Of a stretch of DNA of 64,000 nt, positions 25,188-38,429 are shown piece by piece. The position numbers were made by a program, and so were the translations under genes. Below the pieces are notes generated by a model. It saw only the letters and a program-made list of their open reading frames with translations, was not told the DNA's origin and did not search any database. Origin of the DNA: Ramazzottius varieornatus (Eukaryota; Animalia; Tardigrada); NCBI GenBank assembly GCA_001949185.1, contig BDGG01000003.1, positions 4,461,092 to 4,525,091 on the forward strand. Reading direction: 5' to 3'. The number at the start of each line of letters is the position of its first letter. Positions within the stretch are counted from its first letter, which is position 1.

Positions 25188-26405
25188 ACCTTTTTGAAAC
25201 AACGTTGGTTACTCTGCGGGTTTTGACGCAGCTTTGTTTTGACGCAGCTTTCCTAAACTTGCTGTAACTTTGTTTTTGTAGTAACCTTGTTTGTGAATTT
25301 TGCAACATTTTTGCAAATGCTGCGGCTTGTTAGCCAAGTTTGATGTACGAGGTAAACGGCTTAATTCGGGCATGGCAATTTCCGACCCTTAATTCGGGCA
25401 AGCCTGCGGTATGGGGTGGTTGTCATGTGAAAGTCTTTTTTTACTTCAAACGAGCTTTATGACGTCAACGAAGGTTGTTAAGTAAATCGAGTCAAGCGCC
25501 TATTGTGGCCCTTCGTAATCTCATTTCGTAGGCTTTTTAACATTAGCGATACCCTCCTCTGGTTGGAGTCCTGTTTTTCGGATTCCGTCCATCAGATCAT
25601 CCTCAAACTGTTTAAGGCTACCGTAAACAAGTTTTTCCACTCGGCAAACTACAAATAACGCTGATCCGTCCAGCCGTTACGGAGAAAACAGTTGCCCTAA
25701 TTATGGGTCGGAAATTGCCATGCCCGAATTAAGCCGTTTACCTCGTAATCCGGAAAAGTTTGATCAAACTTGGAAAAGTTGTGGTAACATGGGAGAAAGC
25801 GTAATAATTGTGGCAAGTTCTGATTGAAGTTGGAACATTTTGTCGTATGTTTGTTGCGTTTGAAGTAAGTTTGTAAGTTTTGCAGTAACTCTGTAGTCTG
25901 TAAAACTTATAGTAACTTGGTTTCGACAAGGTGAGTTCTCGGGCGTCAGCAAGTCACGGCGAAATAGAAACGGTGTGGGCGTGGTTGAACGATCCGATGA
26001 TGCACTGCTTAATCTTGACGACGCTCACCCGATCTCTATTTGACTGGTCCATACTTCAAACATAGCCACGACCATCCGCGCAAGTTTTGCATCTTGCCTG
26101 CAAAAATTGCCCTAACTTGGGTTACTGCACAAAGTTACGTCAAAAATCCGAAGTTACGTAAAAATCTTGTCGCTTGTTCTACAACTTCAGACGTTTGTTC
26201 GCAATGTCGTAGTCTACATAGGATCCCTTGCAGTCATGTCGCTAAGTTTGCGGTAATTAGGAAAACTTTGCATTATGTTTTCCGAAGTTTTAAGCACATC
26301 TGGTGGCTAACAAAGCTACCGCAAAACCATGTTACTACAAGTACTACAAGTTCAGCAATGTTACATACATGCGAGTTCTGTAGGTTACTCTGTTTCGAAA
26401 TAGGT
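25188..26405. mobile_element. Probable degenerate non-autonomous DNA element with AAGTT/AACTT-rich arms
   Basis: Imperfect terminal inverted match ACCTTTTTGAAACA / TGTTTCGAAATAGGT; internal repetitive motifs. No clear TSD. Confidence 0.4.
25348..25745. mobile_element. Mariner/Tc1-type MITE
   Basis: About 40-bp near-perfect TIRs (CGAGGTAAACGGCTTAATTCGGGCATGGCAATTTCCGACCC) flanked by TA on both sides. Confidence 0.9.
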
Positions 26406-26588
26406 TTTGTCAAATGAGATTCCCTCTTTTCGACGAAATCCAAATTGTTCAGGAGATGCATTTTTAGATTTTGCGTTCACGTGTTCAACTGACCGTGCTC
26501 GTATAGGTTTGTAGAGAGTTTATTGGGCTATCGAAAAGGTATGAAAGGAAAAATATTGGGGTTTAGTATTGCACTGCTTTACAAGCTA

Positions 26589-26688
26589 CACCTGATGTCA
26601 TCGTACGCGCGAAGCATCTCCTAGGGAGTGGGTGGTAACTGATGTCTGTACCTGGTTAAACTATACGCGTACGATGACGTCATGGGTG
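26589..26688. repeat. Short palindromic MITE-like element
   Basis: GTCATCGTACGCG ... CGCGTACGATGAC inverted arms about 100 bp across. Confidence 0.55.
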
Positions 26689-27199
26689 AAGCTAAGGAAG
26701 CCGTAAAAGGTAGGTGGAATTGCCCATTCTAAAATCCTGCAGAGGTGAAATCTTTGAAAATTCGTTACTCCAAATCTAGTCCTGTCATTTCGTGACAGTT
26801 GATACTGTTCGAAAGCCCTGATTTTTCTCTACAATCTCACGTCAGAGAAGCAGAACTCGGGATTCTCTCGAAAAAGGGAATCTCATTTGACAAAACTCAA
26901 ATCGTAATGCACCAATATTTGCATCTCCGACCGGCCACAGTGGAAAGCCGGTAGTGGTCGTACACGGAGTGACGATGGATGGTTCGTCCGAATGCTGGTC
27001 TGTTTTTCCGTCCTCAGACAAGACGCAGCTATGTCCAACTAAAAGTTTACTTCTCAACTAGCCTGCTGTCTACAATGGCGCAGGAACATGGACCGCTCAT
27101 TCCGGGGGAAGTTTTCTCTGATAGCCGTTACGAAAGAAGTTGGCAACGCTACGAGTGGGGATGGTGTTTCGAGTTCTGGAGAAGATAGGCTTAATAATG

Positions 27200-28150
27200 A
27201 CTTTCACTCGCCAAGGAAATATCGGGTATCTCCATGATCCCTAACTCAGCTTATCGGCCAGGAACAGTTGCTCACTAGGTTGTCCATCTTCTGTCCGCAA
27301 TCAGCGTCTCTTCGCGGTGTTTCTTCAAGTCAACCATTTCGTACTTCACCGCTGCTTCCAGAAGTGCCCTCGCTTCCTCTTTCAGGTTCTCCAGCCCGAA
27401 ATAGTGCATGTACAGTATCGCAAATAAAGCGTCCAGCGTCTTGGTAGAAACTTCCTTGAGTACGCATCGTCCTCTTTGACATTCTGCCACGTTCGGCTCG
27501 AGCATCCATGAAAAAATTGACGAAGAGATGACCAACCTGACTTTGTGGACTGGTCGTTCGGGACCGTCCGAGGAACCGAAAATAAAATCACGACCTGTGG
27601 GACACTCGAACATCCTACGATCTAGCTCGGCCCTGAAGAGACTCAGTCACCGAGCTTCCAACCGTCTTGTATGCCTTTGGAGCGAGCAGTATCGACAGAA
27701 CCTTAATACGAAAGCACGAAAGCTTATTAGACTCTCGTTATCCACTTCGCGGTAACGTGGATCTTGATGCGTTGGCTGGGGTTATCCTTGCTAATGACTA
27801 ACTTAGTCTCTCTGCCGGAAAGACGTGAGGAACGGTGTGCCTTCCATATCGAATGCGTGCTCAGTGAACACGGCATCCACCCAGCGTTCTCGCGGAACTG
27901 TCCAGCTTTAGGTTAATAGTGGCGTCTACTATGCCACGGTGACGATTCAGCTGTCTGAGAAAGACATTTAGACTTCACGGGGTTTGGGCGATGGGAACCT
28001 TGTGGGATACGGCTTGTTCTTTCTGGGAGAGACGGAAACTTGGGAATGATTAGGTCGATCCCGAACGAAGTGGACGTGGGAAAGTAGATGGCTGTGTACG
28101 CAGGGTTTCTTCGGCCACTCTTGTGTTTCCAACTTCTCAACGTTCTCGAA
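27200..28150 (-). pseudogene. BTB/POZ-domain (SPOP-like) gene, apparently disrupted
   Basis: 27275-27613 encodes DFIF..DG..PVHK..L...SSIF..ML...E...LFAILY..ALLEAAVKYEMVDLKK, a BTB pattern. Flanking sequence has stops and frameshifts. Confidence 0.6.
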
Positions 28151-28812
28151 CATCCCTGTAAATCCGAGGCTGTAGCAATCACCCTACATACGGTGTGCAG
28201 GCAACGGCGAGGAGGTAGGCTTACGGTCGTTCAATGTGTCAGATCCACTGTCCTGCTAACTCCCATCGTCTCCCGTGTCTAATGCCCAGATCATCGGGGT
28301 ATACGAGGTCCGGAAGACCAGAACCTAGTGAAAACACCTTTGCAGAAAAAAATTCGAGGCTTCGGAATTTGCGTTTAGTACAACAGTCCGCTAAGAACGT
28401 CATGTTATGTTATGCAACTTATGTGATCAGATACGTCATAAGGGACGTAAGGCGTAAGACGGCATCACACTGACATGCGATAACATGACAGGATCATGAT
28501 GACAATGTCTGAACTCTTCCGCGTTTTCTGATTTTAAGTCCTCTTCATTTGTGTCCGTTCTGTCTGGACGCTCAAGCAGAATCTGGACTCACACCCCAGC
28601 AGGGCTGACCCATACTGTTGTGCAGCTTCCAGGCAGGACTTCGATGGAGCACCTAGATCATCCATGACGCGTGGATTCATCTTGCTCCATTCGCACTTGT
28701 TGCTGTAGGGTAAGTTTCATTGTTAGTGTTGTGTTCTTGATGTTCTTGTCCTGCTTCCATAAATCAACCTAATTACCTAAACTTGCGCTGTCTTCCAGTT
28801 ACAAAATCTCTG

Positions 28813-31800
28813 ATGGATAGTAATCCTGCCGCTTCGTTGGACGGGCTGGACTCCGTCCTCAATAGCTTGTACAGCCCTGGACTGAACCGTTACATGATGT
28901 GAGTGATATTAACTCTCACTTCCGGTAAGCGCTCAACGTTTAGTATTACGCAGCTACTATCAACGGCTTGTTGGTTACAGGGAGAGTTACGGTCTGAGCA
29001 ACGAAGAGATCGACGCTCAATTTGCTAATCTCCTAGCACAAGCTGACAGCGCTCCTTATAAGTCAACGCGTTCCAGAGCGCCCACTGCACCCTTTTCCCC
29101 ACTTCGTGTCCCTGAATCGCGCTTCGGACAACAGTACTACGTTTCAGCACCGAACGATCCTTCCGGTCAGCAACACTACCAACAGCCATTGACGTCTTCC
29201 CAACACATCGACAATGTCCCCATCCTACATATCCCCGAACAGAACGACGAAGCACAGTCTGGGAATCGGAGCGAGGATGAAGAGTACAATAACTTTCTAC
29301 GGAGTATCATCAACCCTTCGGACGTGACCGTGGTCGAGAAAGAAAAGACGAAGAAGGTCGATCCTCCGTACTACTACCCTAAGAAGAAAACTCCAACGGA
29401 TGACGTGGAGTACGACCGACCTGTCACCAGTACGTATAGACAGAGTAGCGCACTGGAAATGAGTTGACTTTTCGTTCGGTCAATGTCGCTCTACCGTTCT
29501 ATTGTCCCTAGAAAACGAACATCAGGAACTGCTCAACGATCTAAAGAAAAATCCTGTACCCGGAGTGCCAACAGACACTGATTTACTGTTGCTCGAACCT
29601 CCAATGACTACCAGGTACAGATCGTTTTTCACGTGGCGCACGTTTCCCGTCAATAACACCGGCACTGTGCGCCACTTGTAAAACGCAATATTGTCGAGTT
29701 TGTCCGCCCAGCTGCCGACTTCACGTTTCGTTATTTTTGAGGTCTGCCGCGAGGAGGTCTTCCGACATTATTTCGCCCACGCCTTCCTTGTCTCCCGCAA
29801 AGACCAACGATGTCCACCACACGCACCAGCAGCAGTGTTGCGCTAATAGTGCATCTTACCCTTCTGGCTCCGTTACCTTCCATAACGCTTACTCCACGTA
29901 CCCTAGCACCAGTCACCCCTCTCAGCCATCAGTGCACAGTTTCCTTAATGCATCTCAAGCTCACTCACGTCCCAGCAGAACGCACCAGCGGAGTTCCCAG
30001 GAGTCTTCTAAAGGAAACAACGAGATCGGAGAGTCGTTCAAAAAGCCACTTCCGGTCATGAAGCCTCGAGGAAGGGCAGGAAAGGCTTCGTTGACAAGGC
30101 AAGTTTCTTACTGGTTTAGAGTTTGGATCACTGCTAAAGTATATACACTGCTTAGTTCCAGGAAAGATGAGCACCAGCATTCTTCTAGCCAGAATAAGCA
30201 TTGTGCACACGGCGGTGTGAATTCGATTAATTCAGCCTCTCACACGGCTCAAGAAGCTTCTCTGACCAGAGAAATCAAGAGGCGTTTCGATTCTGTGGCC
30301 ACGAAGTTCAAACAGTTCTGCGAGGTATGCCCTCATTTTATTTGCCGTTTATTTTCTAAAAACAGCGTTTGGGTTTCTACGAACAGGGTTCAGAATTCCC
30401 GGACGACCAAAAAGAGTTCCTCGTTCAAATGATGAACAAGGCGATCAACAGACCCGACGATAGAGAAGCAGTCATCCTCACGGAATTCATCACGCGCGTT
30501 GTATCGTTGGTGACTGGGCAAATGGACGCTTTGAAGGTATACAAGACCCATTTTAGCATTCCTGAAATCGAATTTTGGTACATGAAGTTCTTTTTATTGA
30601 AATGTTGGTCATTCGGGAATTTTTCCTAGGTTGAGCCTTTTATAAGGGAAGCGCGGAAGGTTGACCTTCCATTCACTTCGGTGGTCTTCGGTGTCCTCGT
30701 ACACGATGACAGTCCGCTGATACTCACTCTGATGCCACATCTTTTCGGAAAGACGAAGCTCATAAAGGCCATGCAGAAAGAGTCGCTTGCGACTGCCGCA
30801 GGAAAGCAAAGGGAGGAACTGGCGGAAGCTTTCCAGGCAGCGATGCGTTTCAACGACCATCCTTACCGGTTCCCAAAGCCGAACTACGGCTCTCGAGCTG
30901 CCAGAAAGCTTGGTCTTACCGGAAAAGAAGGCCTCTTGAACCCACAGTAAGTCCGAAAGAAGCAAGGCCTTTGGGAGCTTGACAAACAAACTCCACAAGA
31001 CTGTTTCTTTTTCAAGGGGCGCACGTTCTCAGTGTGTTTGACTGGAAGTGTGCGCCACGTTGGAACACCGATCTTGTCGAGTTGTTCAGTTCGCTTAGGT
31101 TTCGTTTTCGGAATGCATAAGCAAATATTTTATCTGTTAGTTTTTTTAGAATATTTGAGTTTATGGCGGAAGAAGTCATCACGAACCCGGAGAAGATCAT
31201 CGCTGAGACGCGATCTAGCACGACGCCTCGGTCGAGTCTGGGAACAGATACCGAAGTGAAGCCTGCAGTCGCTTCGAATACTCACAAAGCAGTACCAGAT
31301 AGACTTTTAGATGCATCCCCGGCTATGAACGATAACAGCTCAAACGACTCATTGAACAGCACACATCACATTCTGAACACCGGTCACATTGCCGGAGAAG
31401 GCCCTAACACTCCGGGAAGTGTCTTGGATTTCAACTCCATCTTCGCAGGTACTCTTGAACCTTCCTCTGTATGGAATGTCGGAAAATGACTTGAACAAAA
31501 CCGCTTTCCCAAGTGGCGTACACTTCCAGCTAATACCAATGAAGACGTGCGCCACTAAGTCGTAAGATAACGATTGGGTTCAAATTATTTGCCGACGTTC
31601 CATAACTGTTTTTTGTGGGTCTTCAACTGGTAGATTTCAAGTGAATGTGCTTGCAGGTGTTCCGACGCCTCCTTCGGCATTCATGAACGAGTTTTCTCCG
31701 GCTGGTATGGCACAATTTCCTGGAGACGCGGTGCACACGCAGAACTTCGTTCGACCGCCACCGATATCCATTTCGAGACCTTCGCGACGTGTGCCGCTGC

Positions 31801-31961
31801 TGTCGTCTCCTCTTCCTTTGATGACGTCTCCGACCAAGTCAGCGGGATCACCGTTCGATCTTGGAGCGAACTCTCCTCTGTGTAATGCTCTACGTAGTCC
31901 TGGCCGAGCTCGCTATGAGTTCAGATCGACGGCTGCTCGAGGAGAACATCAGAGTGAATAA
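28813..31961 (+). CDS. Multi-exon nuclear protein, tentatively GON4L/YY1AP1-like
   Basis: Run of GT-AG exons. Motif EEYNNFLRSI...DPPY...DRPVTKNEHQELLNDL resembles the conserved GON4L segment (DPEY...DRAVRITKKEVNELMEEL). Possible PAH-like helices. S/P-rich C-terminus. The gene is well supported; its identity is tentative. Confidence 0.55.
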
Positions 31962-32482
31962 TCAGGACAGAATAACATTGTGATATTTTGTAGTGTTTCC
32001 TTGGCGTCCTTGTTTCGCTTTAGTCACACTTTTCTTATTGGTTTCGTTTTCGTCTTATGGATTTCGACTCGGTACTGCTTTTCGAAATTCTTATAGTGTA
32101 GAAGCGTGAAACTTCCTACTTCAAAGTTAAGGACCATGTCGTCGTCAGCTGTGCTACTGCTCCTACCGTGAAGTTAACGGTTTGAGGATTGTATTTGACG
32201 AACGAAGGAACGATCATCTACGTATTCGTTCATCGGAGACCCATGTACACCTTCAAATGGCGAGATCGTAGGACGATCGTGGCAATGGTTTTCCGCGTAA
32301 CGGATTGGTTCCGGAAGTGACGTCAGGATATGTGATTCGCGTGTGACGCTAGCAGAGACGTCAGGGAGGTACGGAACGACTAGCGCTCGGTTGATTAAAC
32401 TGAGATCCATTGAGTGGTGATGTGTGTGTTTGCGATTCCAATTTCCGTTTTGCAAGCTTCGAATCTTATTTCTTCTTTAATC

Positions 32483-32756
32483 TTTATGGTGAGCCGGGCG
32501 ATTCAAAAGTCCACAATACTTTTACCGCGAGTGCATGCGCGGAGAAACTCTATGCGCAGTGAAATACTTTTCCGCGCGTANNNNNNNNNNNNNNNNNNNN
32601 NNNNNNNNNNNNNNNNNNNNNNNNNNNNNNTGAAACTCTCGTCATAGTCCGCGGGTGGATGCGCGGAAAAAGTATTTCACCGTGCATGGAGTTTCTCCGC
32701 GCATGCAGCCGCGGTAAAAGTACTGTGGACTTTTGAATCGCCCGGCTCACCATAAA
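32483..32756. mobile_element. MITE with about 95-bp TIRs spanning an assembly gap
   Basis: TTTATGGTGAGCCGGGCGATTCAAAAGTCCACA... mirrored on the other side of the N-run (32581-32630). Confidence 0.8.
32581..32630. other. Assembly gap
   Basis: 50 Ns. Confidence 1.
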
Positions 32757-32879
32757 TCTTCCCACTTGCGTAGTTCTAGTGGCTGCGGCCATCGCTTAGC
32801 GGAGAGGGCTTGCGTATAGAGAGCACGGATTGCCGAGTTGCGACTGTTGAGTTACCTGAAAAGCTAGAATTCCCCGAAG

Positions 32880-34042
32880 ATGTCGTTTCCTACAGCAAGT
32901 ATTGTTACCAGCCGTGGTTTGTGCCTCGCGTCACTTATTTGCTCATCCTCTGGTAACTCCTTGCTACTCTCGGACGCCTTCTGTCAGCATCGAACAGCGT
33001 GAGTACCGTTTCTACGTTCGCTGAATGCTTCGTACAACAGCTGGTGGAATACGGTAACTAAATATTGTTCCTGCAGGTTTATTCGTAATATCAGCCGGCT
33101 GAGGACGAGGACGCCCAAGAAAGTTTACTGGTTCAAACGGATGGCTCCACCAGTGTTCGATGCTACGGAGATTCAGCGCAAGCTCGAAGAAACCCCGGAA
33201 GCTCGTTTCATGAAAGTTGGACCAGCGCGAATACACGAATCTTCCTCAGCCTTCTACGATCCTTTACTAAAGTAAGATCTATGTTGAAGGAATTATCGTG
33301 CGAGTATTCGATCGACACGCTCACAACTTGGAATCTTTTACAGTAAATTTACCAATATGATCATGTTCAAAGGACAGAAAGAGCTTGCGGAAGAAAATAT
33401 GCGTCTCGTACGTACGTGGCGCACGCTTCCAGCCAATATCACCGAAAGCTTGCGCCACTTTGGAAAACCGACCTTATCGAATATGTTTGCCGAGCTTCCG
33501 ATCATGCTTTGACAATTCCAGGCGTTTGAGAACATAAAGAAGATACAGATGGAGAAGTACCATGCTACTACTGATGTTACAGCGAAGATGAGAGTGGAGT
33601 TGAATCCTCTCAAGATTTTTCATCAAGCTGTAGAGAACTGCAAACCAGTCCTAGCGCTTACGCCGATAAAACGTGGAGGAGTTACTTACCAGGTTTGTCA
33701 ATACTCCGGTCTATGTGATTTAAGACTGGCAAGCTGATTCATGTTCTCGTTGTCAAAAGGTTCCGGTGTCAGTTCGGGATAAAACTGCAGAGTGGACGGC
33801 AATGAAGTGGCTGATTCTAGCTGGAAGAGAGCACGAACATCAGATCCATTTCAGAGAGACGATCGCCAAAGAACTCATCGCCGCTTTCCAGAACGAGGTT
33901 GGTCCTGCTCTTTCACAGTACTTCGCATGCCCAAAACAACTGTCATACTTCGTTGTAGGGTCGTGTGATAAAGCGCAAGTACGATCTTCACAAGCAGTGC
34001 GAAGCCAACAAAGCCTACGCGCATTACAGGTGGAGCAGATAA
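32880..34042 (+). CDS. MRPS7: Mitochondrial ribosomal protein S7
   Basis: Spliced product has KFTNMIMFKGQKELA, AVENCKPVLALTPIKRGGVTYQVPV, AMKWL, KELIAA, LHKQCEANKAYAHYRW. Confidence 0.95.
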
Positions 34043-34099
34043 CATCCGTTTCAATCGTCTGTTTTCATTTTTTATTCTCGTCTGTAATTTCTGTGAGTA

Positions 34100-34555
34100 C
34101 ACGAACGACGGGATCTTATGGGCCAGTAAAAATCACGGGCCAGGCGGATAAGACGGCGAATTTACAATTTGTATGGTGGTCAGAAACAGAAATCGGACAA
34201 ACGACGTAACGTAGTAACATTCAACCGCAGAAAATTGTGATCGACAGTGGTCATCAGCTGATCGGCTGTTTTACTCTAACGTTTCAACGCTGCTGTCGAC
34301 TTTCTCCGAGAGAAGCCTTGGAATAGTTTTAACTGTTGAAGGTATGCGTGTTCCGGCAAAATGGAGATCCAACTGCTATAATAAATATGACAAGCCTAAG
34401 CTCTTCGGCCCAGTGTCCAGCACGTACTTGTACGTACAGCAGTCCAGCCTTTGATGTTGGTTGCTACTTGTAGCAAGAACCACTGCCCGTGCCGCCGTAG
34501 CGAAAGGGCCCCTGGTCCGTAATTTTTACTGGCCCATAATATCCCGTCGTTCGTG
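34100..34555. mobile_element. TA-flanked MITE, family copy 1
   Basis: TIR CACGAACGACGGGAT..TATGGGCCAGTAAAAAT, TA on both sides, homologous to 44947-45670. Confidence 0.85.
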
Positions 34556-34656
34556 TACATAAAACTACATAAAGCATATTGCTTTTGGAATTTAGATTTC
34601 TTCTCGGTGAGCATTTTGAAATGTTGAGCAAAAGTATGGTCGAACTTCCTGAAAAC

Positions 34657-36520
34657 TCAGTGTCTGACTGATAAAAGATTCGCCATCATATCAAATCGAT
34701 TGCCGTCAGATTGAACACTTTGAATCTTTCCGTCTGCGAGCTTGACTTGCAAGAAACCGTATTCGTCGAGTCCTGTAATCGTTCCTTTCAGCAGGGAGCT
34801 TTGTTGCCCCGTTTGACAATTTGCTTCCGTCTTGATTTCCACCTGTTGATCCCTGTAGTTGAACATGCGAATGCATTAGACTCCTACAGTGTCAACCAAA
34901 GAAGTGCAGCCGATGAAAGGTAAGACATTAGTGGCCAACTGCAGTTAACCAAAGCCGTTACCTCAAGTGGCGCACATTTTCATTGTTCCTGGCTGGAAGA
35001 CTGCGCCACTTAGGGAACGATCTAGTTCAATTTATCTGCTCACGACCCGAATTAAGAGTACTCACTGATGAAGCCAATGCTGAAGGTAAACGGGAAGTAA
35101 TGCATTCGCTCCGGACTGTTGAAACGTTTTCACCAGTCCTTCAAACTCCGTTAAGACTCGTGCAATGAACTGTTCCACGGTAAACGTTTCGAGGTTCGAG
35201 CTCTTGGACAAGTTATGCTGGCGGATCAGGTCGTTAAGGCATAATGTTGGCTTACTGTTCGTTACGTTGAAGCCTACTCCTAAAAACACAATAGGGCAAC
35301 ACGGTTAGGTTGCGATCCATTCTGTCATCAACATGAAGTATTTCTGAAATTTCCTACCGATGCCACAGCAAGCTTTCTGCCGAAAGATCGTGGAAGTGAC
35401 GAGGACGCCACCAACCTTGACTTTGTTCGAAGTGAGAATGTCGTTGGGCCACTTGATCCGCAAGTCGACATCCTACAAAGTTTTCACCTTCACAACTTTG
35501 GCATGCCTCTGAAGAAAGCATGCCGCAAACTAGTCGAATTGTCACGTACCTCGTACCCGGAAGTGTTTTTGACAGCGAGCACACACGCAGTTGCCACCAT
35601 GTGCTGAAGCAACGTCAGACTTTTGCCAAGCTTGGAAGACAGAGATATGAATAGAGGGAAGGAAAACATTGCGCAGCCTATCGGACTTTCCCAGACGTTG
35701 CCACTGCGTCCTGGAAGACAAAGTGGCATTAATGTAATTACAACATAAAGAATTATGAGAGTCCTTTCAAAGCACATCCATACCCTTCCCGGAAGTCTGT
35801 TGTTCTGCAACCACCAAAACACCAATGTCTTCCGGTAATACTGAGGCTAACCTATAGAACACAAAATTAGACCTTTTCAGAATATATTAATAATTCACTC
35901 TACTGAATGAAAGTAAAACATCACTGCGTTTTAAACGGATAGTAAACGGGAGCTCGATAAGATCGCCTTCCCAACTGGCCCACGTTCGCAGCCAATAACA
36001 TTGAAAACGTGCGCCACTGTCAAGTTTGCACACCCAGACCTCTATTCAACCGGAGTTGATCCATACACGACACCGGTTCAACTTACCTGTCCACTATGTC
36101 TTGCGTACTGCGCATTTGTCTCGCGTAAAGCACCGACTGGCCTAAGGCTTCTGTCCGAAGGTGCCTGTAGTATTCCGAGGTGTTGAAGTGAGTGACAGGG
36201 GTTGCTGCTTCCGGTGAGCCAGGCGACGCAGAATGCTCTTGTTCGACAGGGACGATTTCCACCGGCATCCACTGCTTGTCTTGGACTTCTTCTTCAGTAA
36301 GCTTATTTGATCCGACTGGGAAGAGCAGTGCTCCGTCCGGTCTGATTTGAGCTCCTGCTGACAGCATGTAGTCCATTATCAGCGGCGCAATTACCTGGAG
36401 TAAAAACGGGCAGTCAATAGGACGCGAACACTAACAGACGCTCATGTTGAAGAAAAGGTGCAACACACGGGTTCCCTCTACCTTCGACCTGGATAACAGC
36501 TTGATGCTGGAATTCTCCAT
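34657..36520 (-). CDS. HLCS: Biotin-protein ligase / holocarboxylase synthetase
   Basis: STQD, GRSGNVWESPIGCAMFS, IKWPNDI, KVGGVL, GVGFNVTN, GLDEYGFL motifs across exons. The 5' end is uncertain. Confidence 0.9.
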
Positions 36521-36759
36521 GTCATCACTCGAAGCGCCGAGCCTCGGTTCCGAAGAAGGGCTCTCACAGGAGGTGCGGAGTCAAAAGTCAAAACAACTCA
36601 GAAGAAAAATCGGACAAATTACATATGCGAAAATTTCGTCTCAGCCTAAGTCAATCAAGAATCAACTAGTAGCCCACTGTCGTAACGTTAGTATGTCATA
36701 CTTTTGTCGGATTCCTCATTGTTATGTCATGGTACACTAAATCGTGTTACTGTATACCT

Positions 36760-37780
36760 CGCGGTTATTTTCCTTCATGGGACCTGAACCATGCTCTTCT
36801 TCTGTCATCGACAGGTTCCGTCATACGGAGATTTTTATAGCGATGGTCGCAATCAAGACAACAGGATGGGAATTTTATTTGAAAAATGGCCTAGTCACTC
36901 GGACTCACCCCGCGCTGTCGAGCAAAACATGCACAATTTCCGCTAAACACAAGGTTGGTGTCAAGAAGTTTGTCTTCAGCTGACTTGCGAGAGCGGCGAG
37001 ACAACGACCAGCACCGACCAAAAATAAAATGACCAAGATTATCCAGCGAGATAGCCCATTCAAGGGAACGTCCGGGGCCAAGAAGGGCACCTGAAAATTA
37101 ATCTAAAATATCAAAGCACGACCGCCTGAAGGTAGGACAAAAAACATGGACGTTACCGTAGAATGACCATTAGAATAATTATTACAAGGACAACCTTAAC
37201 GCAAAGCTTCGAACGGACAGTCACTTGATCATTTCTTGCCGTTGTTCTGCATTCCAATGGATCTTGCCTTCAGCTTTTCCATCATGACGGCCTTGATAGC
37301 TTCCACATGCCATGCTTCGGTTGGCACTCCCACACCGAAGGGAGACAGGATATCCGTCAGCTCTTGCTGCAATCTTCTGACAACCTTACCGTAATATTCC
37401 GCCACTGGAGCAAGTTGTTCCGTGATGGCGTCTGCCTGCAACCGTAGCTCGTGAAAGGCGTCGCTTTGTTTCCCCAGCTGAGTCACGACAGGATCGAGAA
37501 TGTCGTGACCAACTCGCGCAACTGATGCTCCTATCTTCACGCGGTCAAGCAGGTCGGCTAGGTCGGGGAAGGTGTCTGTGAGGTGGACTTCGGCTTGTGT
37601 TTTTGGTTCACCATCTACGTCGAAATCGAACAGTTCAGTGGATGGCAGCTTCTTCGGAGCGTATGGTGTGAGATCCTGATCGATCATTGTCGACGGTCCA
37701 TTCTTCTCGCACGAAGTGATTCCGTTCAGCTGATCTTCTGACGAGTGCAGAGAGTTCTCCTTGTCCGAATCCATGAGCAT
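36760..37780 (-). CDS. Uncharacterised protein (183-aa acidic/helical exon plus downstream hydrophobic exon)
   Basis: ORF 37229-37780 looks coding. Exon 37090-36909 has canonical flanks. 3' end unresolved. Confidence 0.45.
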
Positions 37781-38429
37781 CTATAAAACTCAGCACACCT
37801 ACATCATCTGAAGCACAATTAGGTACGATCCAGTTATGACACTCGAAGCTAGGAAGAGGGAACTGATCCCAAATCCCAAAACAATTCGAATGAGATTTTG
37901 ACAAGCTGATCAGCTTACATCACAGTCTGTCAGGCACTTTTCTCAAGTATCCGCCAAATGACATACTGTCTTACAGCGCTAACATGACTTATATACCTAC
38001 AGTACATGTGTACATATGTATGTATGTATTGTACACAGCTTACAGGACAAAACTGATGCTTCTTCCAAGTCCTTCATCTTTCCAGCTCTATAATGCTGGA
38101 GAGCTTTCGAGGACTTAAAAAGACTGCCTTGGACAAATGGAACCATCACCGATGTGCTATAAAACAGGAAAGGCAAGCTGAAAACCGTTGCGTGAGTCCC
38201 GGTCAGCAGGAGCTCCTCGTTTTCTGCTGCCTCTTTACCGTACCAGAAGGTTTTTCCACTGCTGAGCAGCCCTTGAGTGGAAGCGTCTTTCCAGGGGCGA
38301 GTGCCGGACATTGGAGCATAGTTCTTTTTATTTTCGTTGTGTCGAGAAATAAAATCTGTAGAAAGTAACAACAACAAGCTTGAAAGTTCCCGAGAACAGC
38401 CTTGGACAAAAACTGTTCACAGCGGGTTT

